From assembly GCF_036321535.1 (NCBI RefSeq), contig NC_087437.1, positions 33,172,001 to 33,236,000 on the forward strand: DNA of 64,000 nucleotides. Reading direction: 5' to 3'. Position 1 is the first letter of the stretch. Every line of letters starts with the position of its first letter. Positions 28,805 to 41,978 of the stretch are shown here, piece by piece. The notes under the pieces are model-generated. The model ran no database searches and had not been told where the DNA came from. It saw only the letters and a list, made by a program, of their open reading frames with translations. The translations under genes were made by a program, and so were the position numbers. The stretch is from Camelus dromedarius (taxonomy: Eukaryota).

Positions 28805-31728
28805 TTTTTTTTTTGAAACTTTTTTTTTATTGAGTTATAGTCATTTTGCAATGTTGTGTCAAATTCCAGTGTAGAGCACAATTTTTCAGTTATACATGAA
28901 CATACATACATTCACTGTCACACTCTCTTTTGCTGTGAGCCACCACAAGATCCTGTATATAGCTCCCTGTGCTACACAGTACAATCTTGTTTATCTATTC
29001 TACATTTTTAAATCCCAGTCTGTCCCTTCCCACCCCCCATCCCCTTGGCAACCACAAGTTTGTATTCTATGTCTATGAGTCTGTTTCTGTTTTGTAGTTA
29101 TGTTTTGGTTTTTTTTTTTTTTTTTAGATGCCACATATGAGCGATCTCATATGGTAGTTCTCTTTCTCTTTCTGGCTTACTTCACTTAGAATGACATTCT
29201 CCAGGGACATCCATGTTGGTGCAAATGACGTTATGTTGTCGGTTTTTATGGCTAAATAGTATTCCACTGTATAAATATACCACCTCTTCTTTATCCAGTC
29301 TTCTGTTGATGGACATTTAGGCTGTTTCCATGTCTTGGCTATTGTAAATAGTGCTGCTATGAACATTGGGGTGCAGGTGTCATTTTGAAATAGGATTCCT
29401 TCTGGATATATGCCCAGGGATTCCTGGGTCATATGGTAAGTTTATTCCTAGTCTTTTGAGGAATCTCCATACTGTTTTCCACAGTGGCTGCACCAAACTG
29501 CATTCCCACCAGCAGTATAGGAGGGTTCCCCTTTCTCCACAGCCTCTCCAGCATTTGTCATTTGTGGACTTTTGAATGATGGTCATTCTGATTGGTGTGA
29601 GGTGATACCTCACTGTAGTTTTGATTTGCATTTCTCTGATAATTAGTGATATTGAGCATTTTTTTCATGTGCCTATTGATCACTTGTATTTCTTCCTTGG
29701 AGAATTGCTTGTTTAGGTCTTCTGCCCATTTTTGGATTGGGTTGTTTGTTTTTTCTTATTATGTCATATAAGCTGCTTATATATTCTGGAGATCAAGCCT
29801 TTGTTGGTTTCACTTGCAAAAATTTTCTCCCATTCCGTAGGTTGTCATTTTGTTTTACTTATGGTTTCCTTTGCTGTGCAGAAGCTTGTAAGTTTCAGTA
29901 GGTCCCATTTGTTTATTCTTGCTTTTATTTCTATTGTTTGGGCAGACTGCCCTAGGAGAACATTTTTGAGATGTATGTCAGATAATGTTTTGCCTATATT
30001 TTCTTCTAGGAGATCTACTGTATCTTGTCTTATGTTTAGGTCTTTGATCCATTTTGAGTTTATTTTTGTGTATGGTGTAAGGGAGTGTTCTAGCTTTACT
30101 GATTTACATGCTGCTGTCCAGTCTTCCCAACACCATTTGCTGAAGAGACTGTCTTTATTTCACTGTATATTCTTGCCTCCTTTGTCAAAGATTAGTTGAC
30201 CAAAAGTTTGTGGGTTCACTTCTGGGCTCTCTATTCTGTTCCATTGGTCCATATGTCTGTTTTTGTACCAATACCATGCTGACTTGATTAATGTAGCTCT
30301 GTAGTACTGTCTGAAGTCTGGGAGAGTTATTCCTCCAGCCTCTTTCTTTTTCTTCAGCAATACTTTGGCAATTCTAGGTCTTTTGTGGTTCCATATAAAT
30401 TTTATTATGATTTGTTCTAGTTCTGTGAAATAGGTCCTGGGTAATTTGATAGGGATTGCATTAAATCTGTAGATTGCCTTGGGCAGTGTGACCATTTTAA
30501 CAATACTGATTCTTCCAATCCAGGAGCATGGGATATCTTTCCATTTTTTTAAGTCTTCTTAATTTCGTTCATCAGTGTTTTACAGTTTTCCATGTAGAAG
30601 TCTTTCACCTCCTTGGTTAGATTTACTCCTAGGTATTTTATTACTTTGGGTGTTATTTTAAAGGGGGTTGTTTCTTTACTTTCTTTTTCTGTTGATTCAT
30701 CATTAGCGTAAAGAAATGCAACTGATTTTTGAATGTTAATCTTATAACCTACTTTGCTAAATTCTTTGATTAGTTCTAATAGTTTTTGTGTGGACCTTTT
30801 AGGGTTTTCTATATATAGTATCATGTCATCTGCATATAGTGACACTTTTACCTCTTCTTTTCCAGTTTGGATCCCTTTTATTTTTCTCTCTTGTCTGACT
30901 GCTGTGGCTAGGACTTCCAAGACTATGTTGAATAGGAGTGGTGATAGTGGGCAGCCTTGTCTTCTCCCAGATTTCAGTGGGAAGCTTTTGAATTTTTCAC
31001 TGTTGAGTACTATGCTGGCTGTAGGTATGTCATATACAGCTTTTATTATGCTGAGATATGTTTCCTCTATATCCACTTTGGTGAGAGTTTTTATCATAAA
31101 TGGGTGTTGAATTTTATCAAAAGCTTTTTCTACATCTATTGAGATGATCATGTGGTTTTGTCCTTTCTCTTCTTGATGTGATGTATTACATTGATTGATT
31201 TGTGTATGGTGAACCACCCTTGTGACCCTGGGCTGAACCCCACTTGGTCATGCTGTATAATCTTTTTTATGTGCTGTTGGATTCTATTTGCTAGTATTTT
31301 GGTAAGGATTTTTGCATCTATGTTCATCAGTGATATTGGTCTGTAATTCTCTTTTTTGGTGGTGTCTTTGCCTGGTTTTGGTATCAGGGTGATGGTGGCT
31401 TCATAGAATGAGTTTGGGAGTATTCCCTCTTTTTCAATCTTCTGGAAGAGTTTGAGAAGGACGGGTATGAGTTCTTTGTATGTTTGGTAGATTTCCCCAG
31501 TGAAGCCATCCGGTCCTGGACTTTTATTTGTAGAGAGGTTTTTTATTGCTAATTCAATTTCATTTCTAGTGATTGGTTTGTTCAAGTGGTCAGTTTCTTC
31601 TTGATTCAGTCTTGGTGGACTGTATGCTTCCAGAAATTTGTCCATCTCCTCTAGGTTATCCATTTTGGTTCCATATAGTTTTTCATAATATTCCTGTATG
31701 ATATTCTGTATTTCTATGTTATTTGTTA
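28805..31728 (-). mobile_element. Relatively young 5'-truncated L1 (ORF2 RT domain to 3' UTR), frameshifted
   Basis: Overlapping ORFs with [49 protein letters not shown] and [18 protein letters not shown]; own poly(A) (T tract at 28805-28829). Confidence 0.97.
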
Positions 31729-31749
31729 TTCCCTCAGTGAATTTTAGAT

Positions 31750-32250
31750 CTGTCAATTTTCCACTTTCTACACTCTGAAACTAAGTTATTGGGTGTGTAA
31801 GCATTTGAGATTGTGCTATTTTTCTGTTAGATTGATACTCTGCTCATTACAAAGTGCTCTTCTTTCTGCTGGGGATTCTTCTTGCCTCACAATTTACTCC
31901 ATGTGATATTAGGATAGCTACACAAGCTTCTTGTGAGCATTTGCATGATGACCCTTTCCATCCTCTCAATTTCAGTCTTTCTGTGTTCTTATATTTAAAA
32001 TGTGTCTATTTTTAATCCAGTATTAATTTTAGCTTTTTACTTGGTTTATTTAGTCAATTCACATTAGTTATTGGTACAGTTGGGTTTACAGTGACTATCC
32101 GACTGTTTGTTTTCTAATTAACCCACCTGCTTTATGTTCCATTTAAATTTTTTCCTTTCCTTCTTTTAGATGACTAAAACATTTTTTTTATCATTCCATT
32201 TTACCCCTTCATTAACTTGTCATAGACTTTTTACCTAGTGTTTCTATTTC
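31750..32250 (-). mobile_element. Ancient L1M fragment
   Basis: Degenerate antisense ORF2 endonuclease-region text (tgatattaggatagctac...tttttaatccag). Confidence 0.5.
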
Positions 32251-34481
32251 TTCAGTGCTGATCTCTGGGCTACATACTAAGGCATTACCTTCAGTTCCAG
32301 GTTCCACAGGATGAAGAAGAAAAGTAGCAGACTTTCTGAGTGCTAAGAGGTGAGCAATAGATGGGTTAATCTTAGAAATTAAAGGCTGGGTGGATAAATA
32401 AAAATGCAGGGCTGAATTAGGTAATTCTCTGAAGGGATCCATGAGATATATGGGTTTACAATGGAAGGGACTACATCTGCAACCACGGAAAACATCATCA
32501 GTGCTTTTTACCACCGTTAACTCCTTTTAATTTGCTTTCTGGTCGGGGACCCAATAACCAATCGCTATTGGAAATTTATGCCGGATTACCCATGAGTATC
32601 TCACATCCAGTGTATCCTCCCTCAGTGCCCTAGCTCCCTTCTCTGGACTCGATCTCAGCAATAGCACCACCCTCCATCCAGCCACCAAGCCGGGGACATG
32701 GGCATCATCTTTGACTTCTCCCTCTTCCTCAACTCTTTTTATCACCAAATCTGACTGCCTCTTTGTCTTAAAGGTCCCTCACATGCATCCACATCTCTCC
32801 ATACTCATTCGTACTGCCTCTACCCAGTCTTTTCTATTGCTCAACCACAGAACAGCTCTTATTGACTCAATTTGCTGAATGAACATTCACTGAAACAAAC
32901 ATTTTAAGACAAACAATGACTACCCTCTTGCCATATCAATTAGCCTCTTGTTAGATGCTAAAGGACCCAAAAGAGGGTGGGGGAAGGAAGAGGAGACCTG
33001 ATACAGCAGGAAGGACTAGTAACAAAGAGCATTATAAAGGATACAAGGATTTAACTCTGTGTGTCCTACACTAGGCTGTGCTTCTCTCCTCATAGTAGGA
33101 AACAGAAATGCTGTCCCTGGAGGTCGTAATAACTGAACTGAGTATAACTTGAAAGCCAATTTTCAATTCCCAGGTGTACTGGCTATCTGGAATTTTCAGT
33201 GGACTTGATGGATCAGAGTAATGCAAAAAAGCGGGACCTCCAGCCCCAGGGTTTTATAGCATCTATAAAACATGTTTTACAGTTTCTGCTCAATTTTATG
33301 CTGTTAAGCTAAACATTTGATATCATATGGCACTTTAAGCACATTGATTTATGATAAGTCAGCAATTGCATCTGTAATAAAAAACCCAAAGTATGGGTTT
33401 TAAAAGTAATCTACTGTATTTATTATTGACATAAACAGTTACCTGCAGTCCATTTGAACATCATCTTAGATTTAACTCATGTATTAAAGATATTATGTTT
33501 CCCACTCAGCAAGGTCATCACCAAGGTGAAAACTATATATATTTGGAAATGAAAAAGATCAAATGTGTAATGATAAATATTTTTCAAATAAATGATATAT
33601 AGGATTTCATCTTTCTACATTCCTGATTAATAATCACATTCTGTTTATTTTATTTTTTTACACCCACCTCCTTCCCCCAGTCTCCCAACTCCGGCAACCA
33701 CTTATCTTTTCTTCATCTCTGTAGTTTTCTTACTTCAAGAATGCTGTATAAACGAAATCATACAGTCTGTAAACTTTTGAGATTAGATCTTTTTTTTTCT
33801 CTTTCAACGTAATTCCCTCAAGTCTGTTTAGTTTTATGTGGATAGTCTCATGCTAATTTTGCCAGCATGGATACAACTTGGGTGGCATAATTCAATCAAT
33901 TTAAGAACTACTTCAATACAAATCAAAGTAAGAGAGTCTAAATTCAAAGTAACTGCGTAACAGGGAAATGTTATTTATAATTGAGTCCATGCTAATGAAA
34001 GAAAAATGTTTATTTTTAGACAGTGTTAGAGCAAGTGTGGACAAAAATGCATTTAGTTCATCTAAGAGGTAGCTGGCAGCATGACTAAAAAACATCCAAT
34101 TTCTCTAATCCTAATTTAAGAGACGTTTTAGTTAAAATTTGGAAAGAATTATGAAAAATTTGGAGATGATTCCATTTTCATTTTCATTTGCAGAATGTAC
34201 ATTTTTAGTATGTAAGCATTTATTGAGTTCATCCTATGTGTATACAGTAAGCCCCAAAGTAAGTGAAAAACAAAATTTCCAAGGACCAAAGGCACAGATT
34301 TATATTGCCTTCCTTCGACTAGCTTATGTGTTCCTGGCTATTGTTTTTAAGATACTGTATGTGGGCTTATTTATTTTCATAAATAAATTGAAAGTTTGAC
34401 AAAGGCTCTTTCTTTTCAAATACCTCAACAAAGGGAGGTGTACAGCTGGGGTAAGTTAATTGCTGGGAGCGTTAGCAGGAA

Positions 34482-35020
34482 ATGTCATGAGGTCCCCAGG
34501 TTCAGTGATTTTCTAGGGGAACTCAGAACTCAGCCTAAGTCATAGTTATGGTTATGGTTTACTATAGAGAAAAGACACAAAGCAAAATCAAGAAAAGGAA
34601 AAGGCAGATGAGGTGAAGTCTGGTGGAAACCAGGCATAAGCTTCTCAGAGTCCTCTCCCAGTGGAGTCACACAGGACACTGAGTTCGCCTAGCATCAAGT
34701 TGTGACAGTACATGTGGAATGTTGCCAATCAGGGAAGTCCATCAGGGACACAGTGCCTAGAGTTTTCCTTGGGGGCTGATCACACAGCACTCTATCTAGC
34801 ACATAATCCGAATTCTAGGCTCCCAGAAGGAAAGCAGATGCTCAGCATAAACCACACTATTTGTACAAACAGTTCGGCACAGTGAGCCTCATTTATCAGT
34901 TAATGGGTGAGAACCCTCCTGAAATCTAAGCTCCCAGATGCCAGTCAAGGGCAACCTAGCAAGAAAGCGTTTTCAAGTTTATCAACTTAGGTCTGCTACG
35001 TTAACTGTTTTCTGTATGTA
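34482..35020 (-). mobile_element. MER21/MER77-family LTR
   Basis: caaagcaaaatca..aaggaaaaggc...aaaccaggc..agcttc..agagtcctctcccagtggagtcacacagga. Confidence 0.7.
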
Positions 35021-35532
35021 AGGCCACTGAGTGTAACATCTATCAACCTGGTCTCCATCTCTGACTGCTCTGTCTTACAACACAGGTGGGTAGGAGGTGA
35101 GTGTGATTTGTTGACACTCAGCTAAATAACATGGCAGGAACAAATGAAGAAGAAAGAAGCTAGCCGACATGCCTCTTTCTCCAAGCAGGAGAAAAAAAGA
35201 AAACACAGCTACAAAAAACCCAACCAAAAAAATCAACACACAAAACTTTAAGATTAAGAATACTATCTAAAAAATGGATTCAAATTCACTGTCCTTATCA
35301 ACAAAGTCTATATTGTGGCTTGAGATATTGATAATGGCATATAGAACATCCCAACTAACAACATATTTAAAATATTATTTCATTAAAAAATCTCATCTTT
35401 TAAAATTTGTGTGTGTGTGTGTTCATTATAATAAGGTCCTAGTACTCTGATACATGTATACATCTTGAATCTAAATAAATATGTATATATTAGGTGCATT
35501 CAACCTGTTTTACTAATAGGGGTTAGTAACTA

Positions 35533-35666
35533 CAGTCCTCCCTCAGTATCTGTGGGAGATTGGTTCTGGGACCTGCCATGAATACAAAAATCCATGGATG
35601 CTCAAGTCTTGCAGTTGGCCCTTCGAACCTGCGGGTGTGGAACCTGCAAGTATGGAGGGCTGACTG
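35533..35666. mobile_element. Short MER2/Tigger-type TcMar MITE
   Basis: TA|cagtcctccctcagtatc ... gtatggagggctgactg|TA: terminal inverted repeats with TA target duplication. Confidence 0.8.
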
Positions 35667-35737
35667 TACTGCCTTTGGGTCATACCATTTTAAAACTGGA
35701 AAAAAATACATTTAGCCCCAGATAAATTTCCTTATTT

Positions 35738-36335
35738 TATATTGCAGCATTATTCACAGTAGCCAAGATATGGAAACAACCTAAGTGTTCATTGACAGTT
35801 GAAGAAAACATGAGATGTATAAAATGGAGTATTATTCAGCCATGAAAACAAGGAAATCCTGCCATTTGCAACAACATGGATGAGGCTGGAGGATGTTATG
35901 CTAAGTGAATTAGCCAGAGAAAGACAAATATCCCATGGTGTCATTTATATGTGGAACTTACAGTAGTGGAGAGTAGAAAGATAGTTGAGAACCAGAGGCT
36001 GGGGTGGGAGTAGGAGAAAATGGGAGATACTGACCACACAGTATAAACTTTCAGTTATCAGACGAATCAGTTCTGAAGACCCAATGTATGGTATGGTAAC
36101 TACGGTCAATAATAATGCACTAGCTGAAATTTGATTTTTTAAAAAGTAGAGTAGATTTCAAGTGTTTTCATCACACATGCACAATGATAACTATGAGGTA
36201 CTGAATATAATAAGTAGCTTGATTGTAGTAACAGTTTCACAATGTATATATATATATCAAAACATCATATTGTATACCTTAAATATATGCTATTTTTATT
36301 TGTCAATCATATTGCAATTAAGCTGGTGGGTAAAA
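35738..36335 (+). mobile_element. L1MA/MB-like 3' end
   Basis: attgcagcattattcacagtagccaagatatggaaacaacctaagtg...aaggaaatcctgccatttgcaacaacatgga. Confidence 0.85.
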
Positions 36336-36929
36336 ATAAGAAAATTGAAGCCCAGGGGGGTGAAGTTGACTTGTCCAAGGTGACAAAGAAGTTAGTAATA
36401 GGGCCAGGCTAGAACCTGCATCATCCTTGAGCCAAGCAGGTGTGTCTGACAGGATCTAAGAGGCCTGGGAGTCACAGGTCTTTGTGGGGAAGGAATGAAT
36501 GAGCTACCTTTTTCCCTGTCTCTGTTTCCCCCGTGTCATCCTGCCCTGATGTCATATTTTCCATATTCTTCTTTCACAGGGGGAAAGGGCTGCCATGGCT
36601 TGCCTCATCTGGACACAGGGGAGGGGGATTTACACCCAGTTTCTTCTCTGGTAGGTGATTTCACTTTCGAGTGTACCATTGCTGGTTAGACATTGGCCAG
36701 GATTACAATTGCTCAGAATTGTACCATTAGTGCATTATTAGACAATATTTTACTTCTTTCCAAGTTAGTAGCTGGAATTGGAGAAAAATTAATAATAATC
36801 CCTTATGTTTTCATAAGACTTCCCCCAATTATCTTCCCCTCTGCATAGTATCAATTGGTTATTGCTTAAACCACTAAATTTTGGGATAGTCCATATAACC
36901 AGAAAAGAATGGGTAAAACTATTCATTCT

Positions 36930-38030
36930 GTCCAATAAAAAAAGGGAATTCAATTCAAAATGGGCAAAGGATCTGAAAAGAACATATTTCTCCAGAGAAG
37001 ATTTACGAAGTGTAATCAGCATGAGAAGATTCCCCAATACCATTAATCATCAGGAAATGCAAAGCAAAGAAATATGGCTTCACACCCACTAAGGTGGCTA
37101 TAAGAAAAAAGACAAGACAATAAGAAATACTGGCAAGGATATGGAGGAACTGAAACCCTTATACATTACTAGTGAAAACTGAAAACGTATGTCCACAGAA
37201 ACTTGTATACGAATGTTCATAGCAACCTTATTCATAATAGCCAAAAAGTGGAAACAATTCAAATGTCCATCAAGTGATGAAAAGATAAAGAAAATGTTGT
37301 GTAGTCACACAATGGACTATTATTTGGCAATTACAAGGAATGAAGTACTGATACATGGTACAACCGATGAAACCTGAAAACATTTTACGAAATGAAAGGA
37401 GCTAATCATAATATGCCACATATTGTATGATTCTGTTTGTATGAAATGTTCCAAACAGGAAATATGTTAGTAGTTCCTGAGGGCCTGGTTGGTGGGGGTA
37501 GTAAGGGGAAATGGAGAATGAATGCTAATGTGTATAGGGTTTCCTTCTGGAGTGTTGAAATGTTCCAGAATTAGAGGGTGGTGATGGCTGCACAACTCTG
37601 TGACTACTAAAATCCATTGACTTGTACACATTAAATGGTTGAATTGTATGGTATGTGAGTTGTATGTCAATACTGTCTAAAAAGACTTCATTAAGGAAAT
37701 AAAAATGCAAGCCACAGACTGGGAAACATTATTTACAAAATATAATCTGATTGAAGGACTTATATCCTAAATATATATTAAAAAAACTCTTACAGTGAAA
37801 AAAATGTGAAAATGAATATACGTATGTTCATGTATAATTGAAAAATTGTGCTCTACACTGGAATTTGACACAACATTGCAAAATGACTATAACTCAATAA
37901 AAAATGTTTAAAAAATATAATTAAATTTTAAAAAAGACAAAAAAACCTCTTACAACTAAATATTGGGAACACAGAACTCAATTTTTTTAAAATGGGGAAC
38001 AGATGTGAACAGACAATTCACAAAGTAAAT
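36930..38030 (+). mobile_element. Old L1M fragments (3' ORF2/UTR)
   Basis: ORF piece TCIRMFIATLFIIAKKWKQ; aaaatgggcaaaggatctga; aatgcaagccacagactggga. Confidence 0.75.
37795..37938 (+). mobile_element. Very short young L1 3' end with target-site duplication
   Basis: tgctctacactggaatttgacacaacattgcaaaatgactataactcaataaaaaa is the same 3' end as the L1s at 28.8 and 45.0 kb; flanked by aaaaaa(c)ctcttaca on both sides. Confidence 0.85.
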
Positions 38031-38059
38031 GGCACATCTCTCCACCTCTCATGAAAGAC

Positions 38060-38349
38060 TTTGGGCACTGAATCTCTCATGAGTTTCCCTGGCAGACGGC
38101 ATTTCACACACACTGTCACAACTTGTTGCTGGCGGAATTAAGCACATCTGTGTGATTTGCTGTGAGAGGACTCTTGGAAGCTTGTTCCTGCTCCTCTGGA
38201 CTTCACCCCATGCACCTGTCCTATGCTGAGTTTGCTTTGTGTCCTTCAGCTGTAATCAGTCATAACCGCAAGGCTGACTATAGGCTGAGTTGTGAGTCCT
38301 CCTACAGAATCATTGAACCTGGGGGTGATCTTGGAGAAACCCAACACAG
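38060..38349 (+). mobile_element. MER21-family LTR 3' half
   Basis: tgtcacaacttgttgctgg..gaattaagc...gagaggactcttggaagctt...gaatcattgaacctgggggtgatcttgg...aaca. Confidence 0.7.
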
Positions 38350-39184
38350 GAGGTGATCCTAGGAGAGAGTAAGAAGGGATGGGCTGATGACCTTAAAGGG
38401 ATATATTATCAAATCAATTACCAGAGTGGGCAAATGGGGCAAAATTTTTCTAGGGAATTTGGAACAAGTATAGAACATGCTTCAGAATTATCTACTTACG
38501 TGGCAAGGGGGATGTGATATTATCCACTAACTCCCAAGTTGGCATTAATTATCTGGAACTTCTAGCCTACCCTGTGCATGAGCACAGTAGCCTCTGGTGG
38601 CCACAGCCTGCCCTGAAGCAAAGAGCTGCAGCTGGAAGTTGGGCTGGCATGGGCAGCAATGCTACGTGCCTGTGGAGGACACAGTGGGCCACTTCTGACA
38701 CACCCCCTAAGAGGCATGAAATTAAACATGAAGTAGGACCATTGCCCAGTCTTTCGCAAGCTGCCTGCTGCCTTCCCTGGACACACAGAGAGGATGAATT
38801 ACTTGTGCCTATTTCCATCCAGGGAGCCTCCCAAGAGAGGCCACCACAAGCTGCAGCATGGCCCAGGGCACCACGAGCACAAGGGGGAGGTTGTCTTATT
38901 TATTCAAAATAGAGATACAGTCTTTCTCCCTGCCTCTGCCCTCAGGTCCTGGGCACAATAAGCCCCGCCTCGGTTTACTGTTTCTGGTTTTACCTCTTTA
39001 CCAGCTCAGTCTAATGGCTAGGTCACTGGGAGGCTTCCTCTCCCCCGGATGGGGAACTAGATGGAGCCTCTATCAGGCTACATACGGAGGGACACTCTGT
39101 TTGCCTGGGTATTGTGTGGGGCCAATGGGGCTGACCCACCCAGCCTGCTCTGGTAGAGTTCCCATGTTCCCCAGAACTCTCTGG

Positions 39185-39360
39185 CTTACTTACAGTTTCC
39201 TCATTCTGCCTTTTCCTACTTACATAGCTGGAAATTCATCATCCATAATGTGAGGATACTAAGAGTACCTACCTCAGTGAGTTGCTATGAGGACTACGTA
39301 AGATAAGTAAGTGCTTAAAACAACACTCGGCACACAGCAAGCACTCAACTATTATTATTA
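39185..39360 (+). mobile_element. MIR SINE
   Basis: gtacctacctcagtgagttgctatgaggact...ggcacacagcaagcactcaa. Confidence 0.65.
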
Positions 39361-41863
39361 CATATTTATTATTATTAGTGTTAACTATCATTGCATACGT
39401 ACAATTAGTGGCAGATGTGTATTTATTGGAAGAAATAGAATGCCTAGATTGCCCTGACCTGCTCACGGCAATGCATCAGCAGACTAGAATTGCAATAGAT
39501 TCTTCAGGAACTCTTAGCCAATTTTCAATTTCAGCTTTTGCAAAATTTTCAAAAGTTCTAGGTGAAATGCTATTCCTGTCAAACAGCTGTGAGTGATTTT
39601 CATGTTCAACTCCTAAATTCGAGGCTGCTAGGCAGACTTAGTGGAACTCTTGCTCAAGAAATGGGAGGTAATAAAGTGGTAACTCTTCTAAGTTCACTGT
39701 CACCCTCTGCTATCCATACACTTTAATCTGTCCTTTAAAAAAAAGCCCAATATTTATGGAGCAGATTTGAAAACCTTTCCCTCCATAACTGCTTGTGGGG
39801 AGCACAGAGGAGCCACAGACAGAAAATTCATAATGCTCAAATGAGAGACACACAAAAGCCACAGGGGCTCACGAGCACAGTGAGACAGTCCTGTGGTCAC
39901 ACATGATGAATGATGGACGCTTAGTAAGCACAGCGGAAGGAAGAGGGTGCTCCTGAGAACTCCCTCGTGAAGACTGCACTGCGGGTGACTTGGAACAAGA
40001 GCATAAGCCAGAACTCAGGATGGCCTGGCAAGTGGAACAAAGGCTCTAAGACCCAAATAGAACCCAGCTAGCAAGTGACAACATGGCAGAACTTCCCCAG
40101 TGTGGAGAGATTCAGAATGGAGATGACTTCTTAGCCACACATGGCTAAGGGCTCTCATCTGGAGAGACTTAACTGTTGACATCAGAACTCAATGTGTATC
40201 ATTTATTGTTAGTTTTATTAATCATGGTTATGTTTACTGAATATTGACCTTATTCTAGAATGGGAAGTTGGGCTATTCTCAACTAACATTTTGTGGTCTT
40301 TATTAAGACTCTTAGAACCTTTTTTGATATATCCTAATTTGAGTATACTATCCTTTTTCTGCTGGAACTCTCCTGATAAAATATCTATTGAAAAATAACA
40401 TCTATATGTCATTTAATTAATTTTGATAACAAATATGCCTGATATTGATGACAAATAATACAGGTGTATTCTGTGAACTTAACTTTTTCTTTTAGATTTG
40501 AAAATTATCTGCTTTTTGAAGAATAATGAATGTTAAAGACTTACAGTTTAATATCCTAGATTTGTTAAGATTTCTCTTTCCCTTTAATCCATGAGGTAAT
40601 CAATTCTAGGATTTCCTAGTCCTTAAGATTCATCCTTGCCAAGGTTTAAAAAAAGTATAAATATATTAGGAATTCATTTAAAGATCAATTTGATGAGGGT
40701 AGTGTTTGGGGAGAAACTCTAAAAGCAAAGCTAAGAGATCTGCATTTCATGTTCGAAGACTGTTTTAAGTGAAAAAGTCACTGCCCTTGGCTGGACAGGG
40801 GTCTGGAGGAGTGCAGGCAGACCCGCCCTCTAGATCTCTAAGGCTGTGCAGGACACTTCATCAAGGACAAAAACACCAAGCTGTTAACATCTACATACAT
40901 CAAAGAGCCACATGATCATGGTTTAGTTCTCACTGCTTACAAATTTTGTTCTTAAGTTAGGTAATTTGAGTTATCAGATCAAACCTATTACACACTACTT
41001 AAATCAGAACATGCTGAATTTAGCCTTTCAAAAAGCTCCCTCCTCTTAAGCATGTTAATATGGGCTTTTCAAAAAAAGATTTGTCTCTTGGAAACTCTTG
41101 CCTAGTTTATCTAATAAACACAGGGAGTAGGTTTCTAAAGAGAGTCATTATCCAAAAACAAACAAACAAAAAACCTGAGCAGGCTGTACTAGAATCTATC
41201 CCTTAAAGCAGCACTAGAGTGACATCCACTGGCCAGTTTTAGTGACTATGAGAAAGAGAGAGAGAGCTTAACTCTGATAAGTGACAAAAAAAGAGAACAG
41301 TCGAAGACAGATGATCCACATAGCTGAATACATCTATCCAAAGGCAAATGATTCCTACCTTTACAAACTTACATCCATGATTGTATACATTTCTTCATGC
41401 TATTTTTGTAAATCTATGCCACATATGCTAATCCAGGTTGGCAAAAATTCAAAAGCTTTACAAATATGAGAAAACAGGTATTTTCACGACACAAAATGTT
41501 ACAAACCCTCTAAAGGGAAATTTGGAAATTTGGCAACACTTAACAAAACCACGTATGCATTTATCATTTGACCCAGCAATCACACTTCAGCCTGAAGACA
41601 AACTTTTGACAATATAAAAATACATATGTACAAGGTTATTTATTATAATATGATTTATAATTACAAAGTATTGAAAACTGAACAAATGCCCCAATATAGG
41701 AAAGTGGTTGAAAAAACTGTGGTACACACATACAATACAGTACTATGCAGGGATAAGAAAAGAAAGAGTAAGATCTATATGAACTGATACGCAGCACTTT
41801 TCAGGATAGATCATTAGGCAGAGAGAAACTATTTCTAATGATTGACATCTGTATCAATGCTGT

Positions 41864-41978
41864 GGGGGTCGGGGTATAGCTCAGTTGGTGGAGTACACGC
41901 TGAGCACGCGCGAGGTACTTGGTTTGATTCCCAGTACCTCCACTTGAAGAAGAAAAGAAAAGAGAGGGAAACCAAAAC
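41864..41978 (+). mobile_element. tRNA-derived SINE (Vic-1-like, camelid type)
   Basis: A box tatagctcagttggtgg, B box ggtttgattccc, A/AG-rich tail; exact 13-bp target-site duplication gtatcaatgctgt at 41851-41863 and 41979-41991. Confidence 0.85.

Noticed and set aside
29124..31756. Long ORFs (111-222 aa) with reverse-transcriptase motifs as a cellular or domesticated gene
   Set aside because: They are frameshifted pieces of a 5'-truncated L1 ORF2 with no ORF1, promoter or endonuclease domain.
33512..33529. Retinoic acid response element
   Set aside because: AGGTCA and AGGTGA are spaced by 6 nt, not DR1, DR2 or DR5.
38514..39253. Two ~130-aa ORFs as a small gene
   Set aside because: No recognisable homology, promoter or splice structure; the end runs into a MIR.
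41864..41942. Functional tRNA gene
   Set aside because: The A-rich tail and 13-bp target-site duplication mark it as a retroposed SINE; the stems are degenerate.
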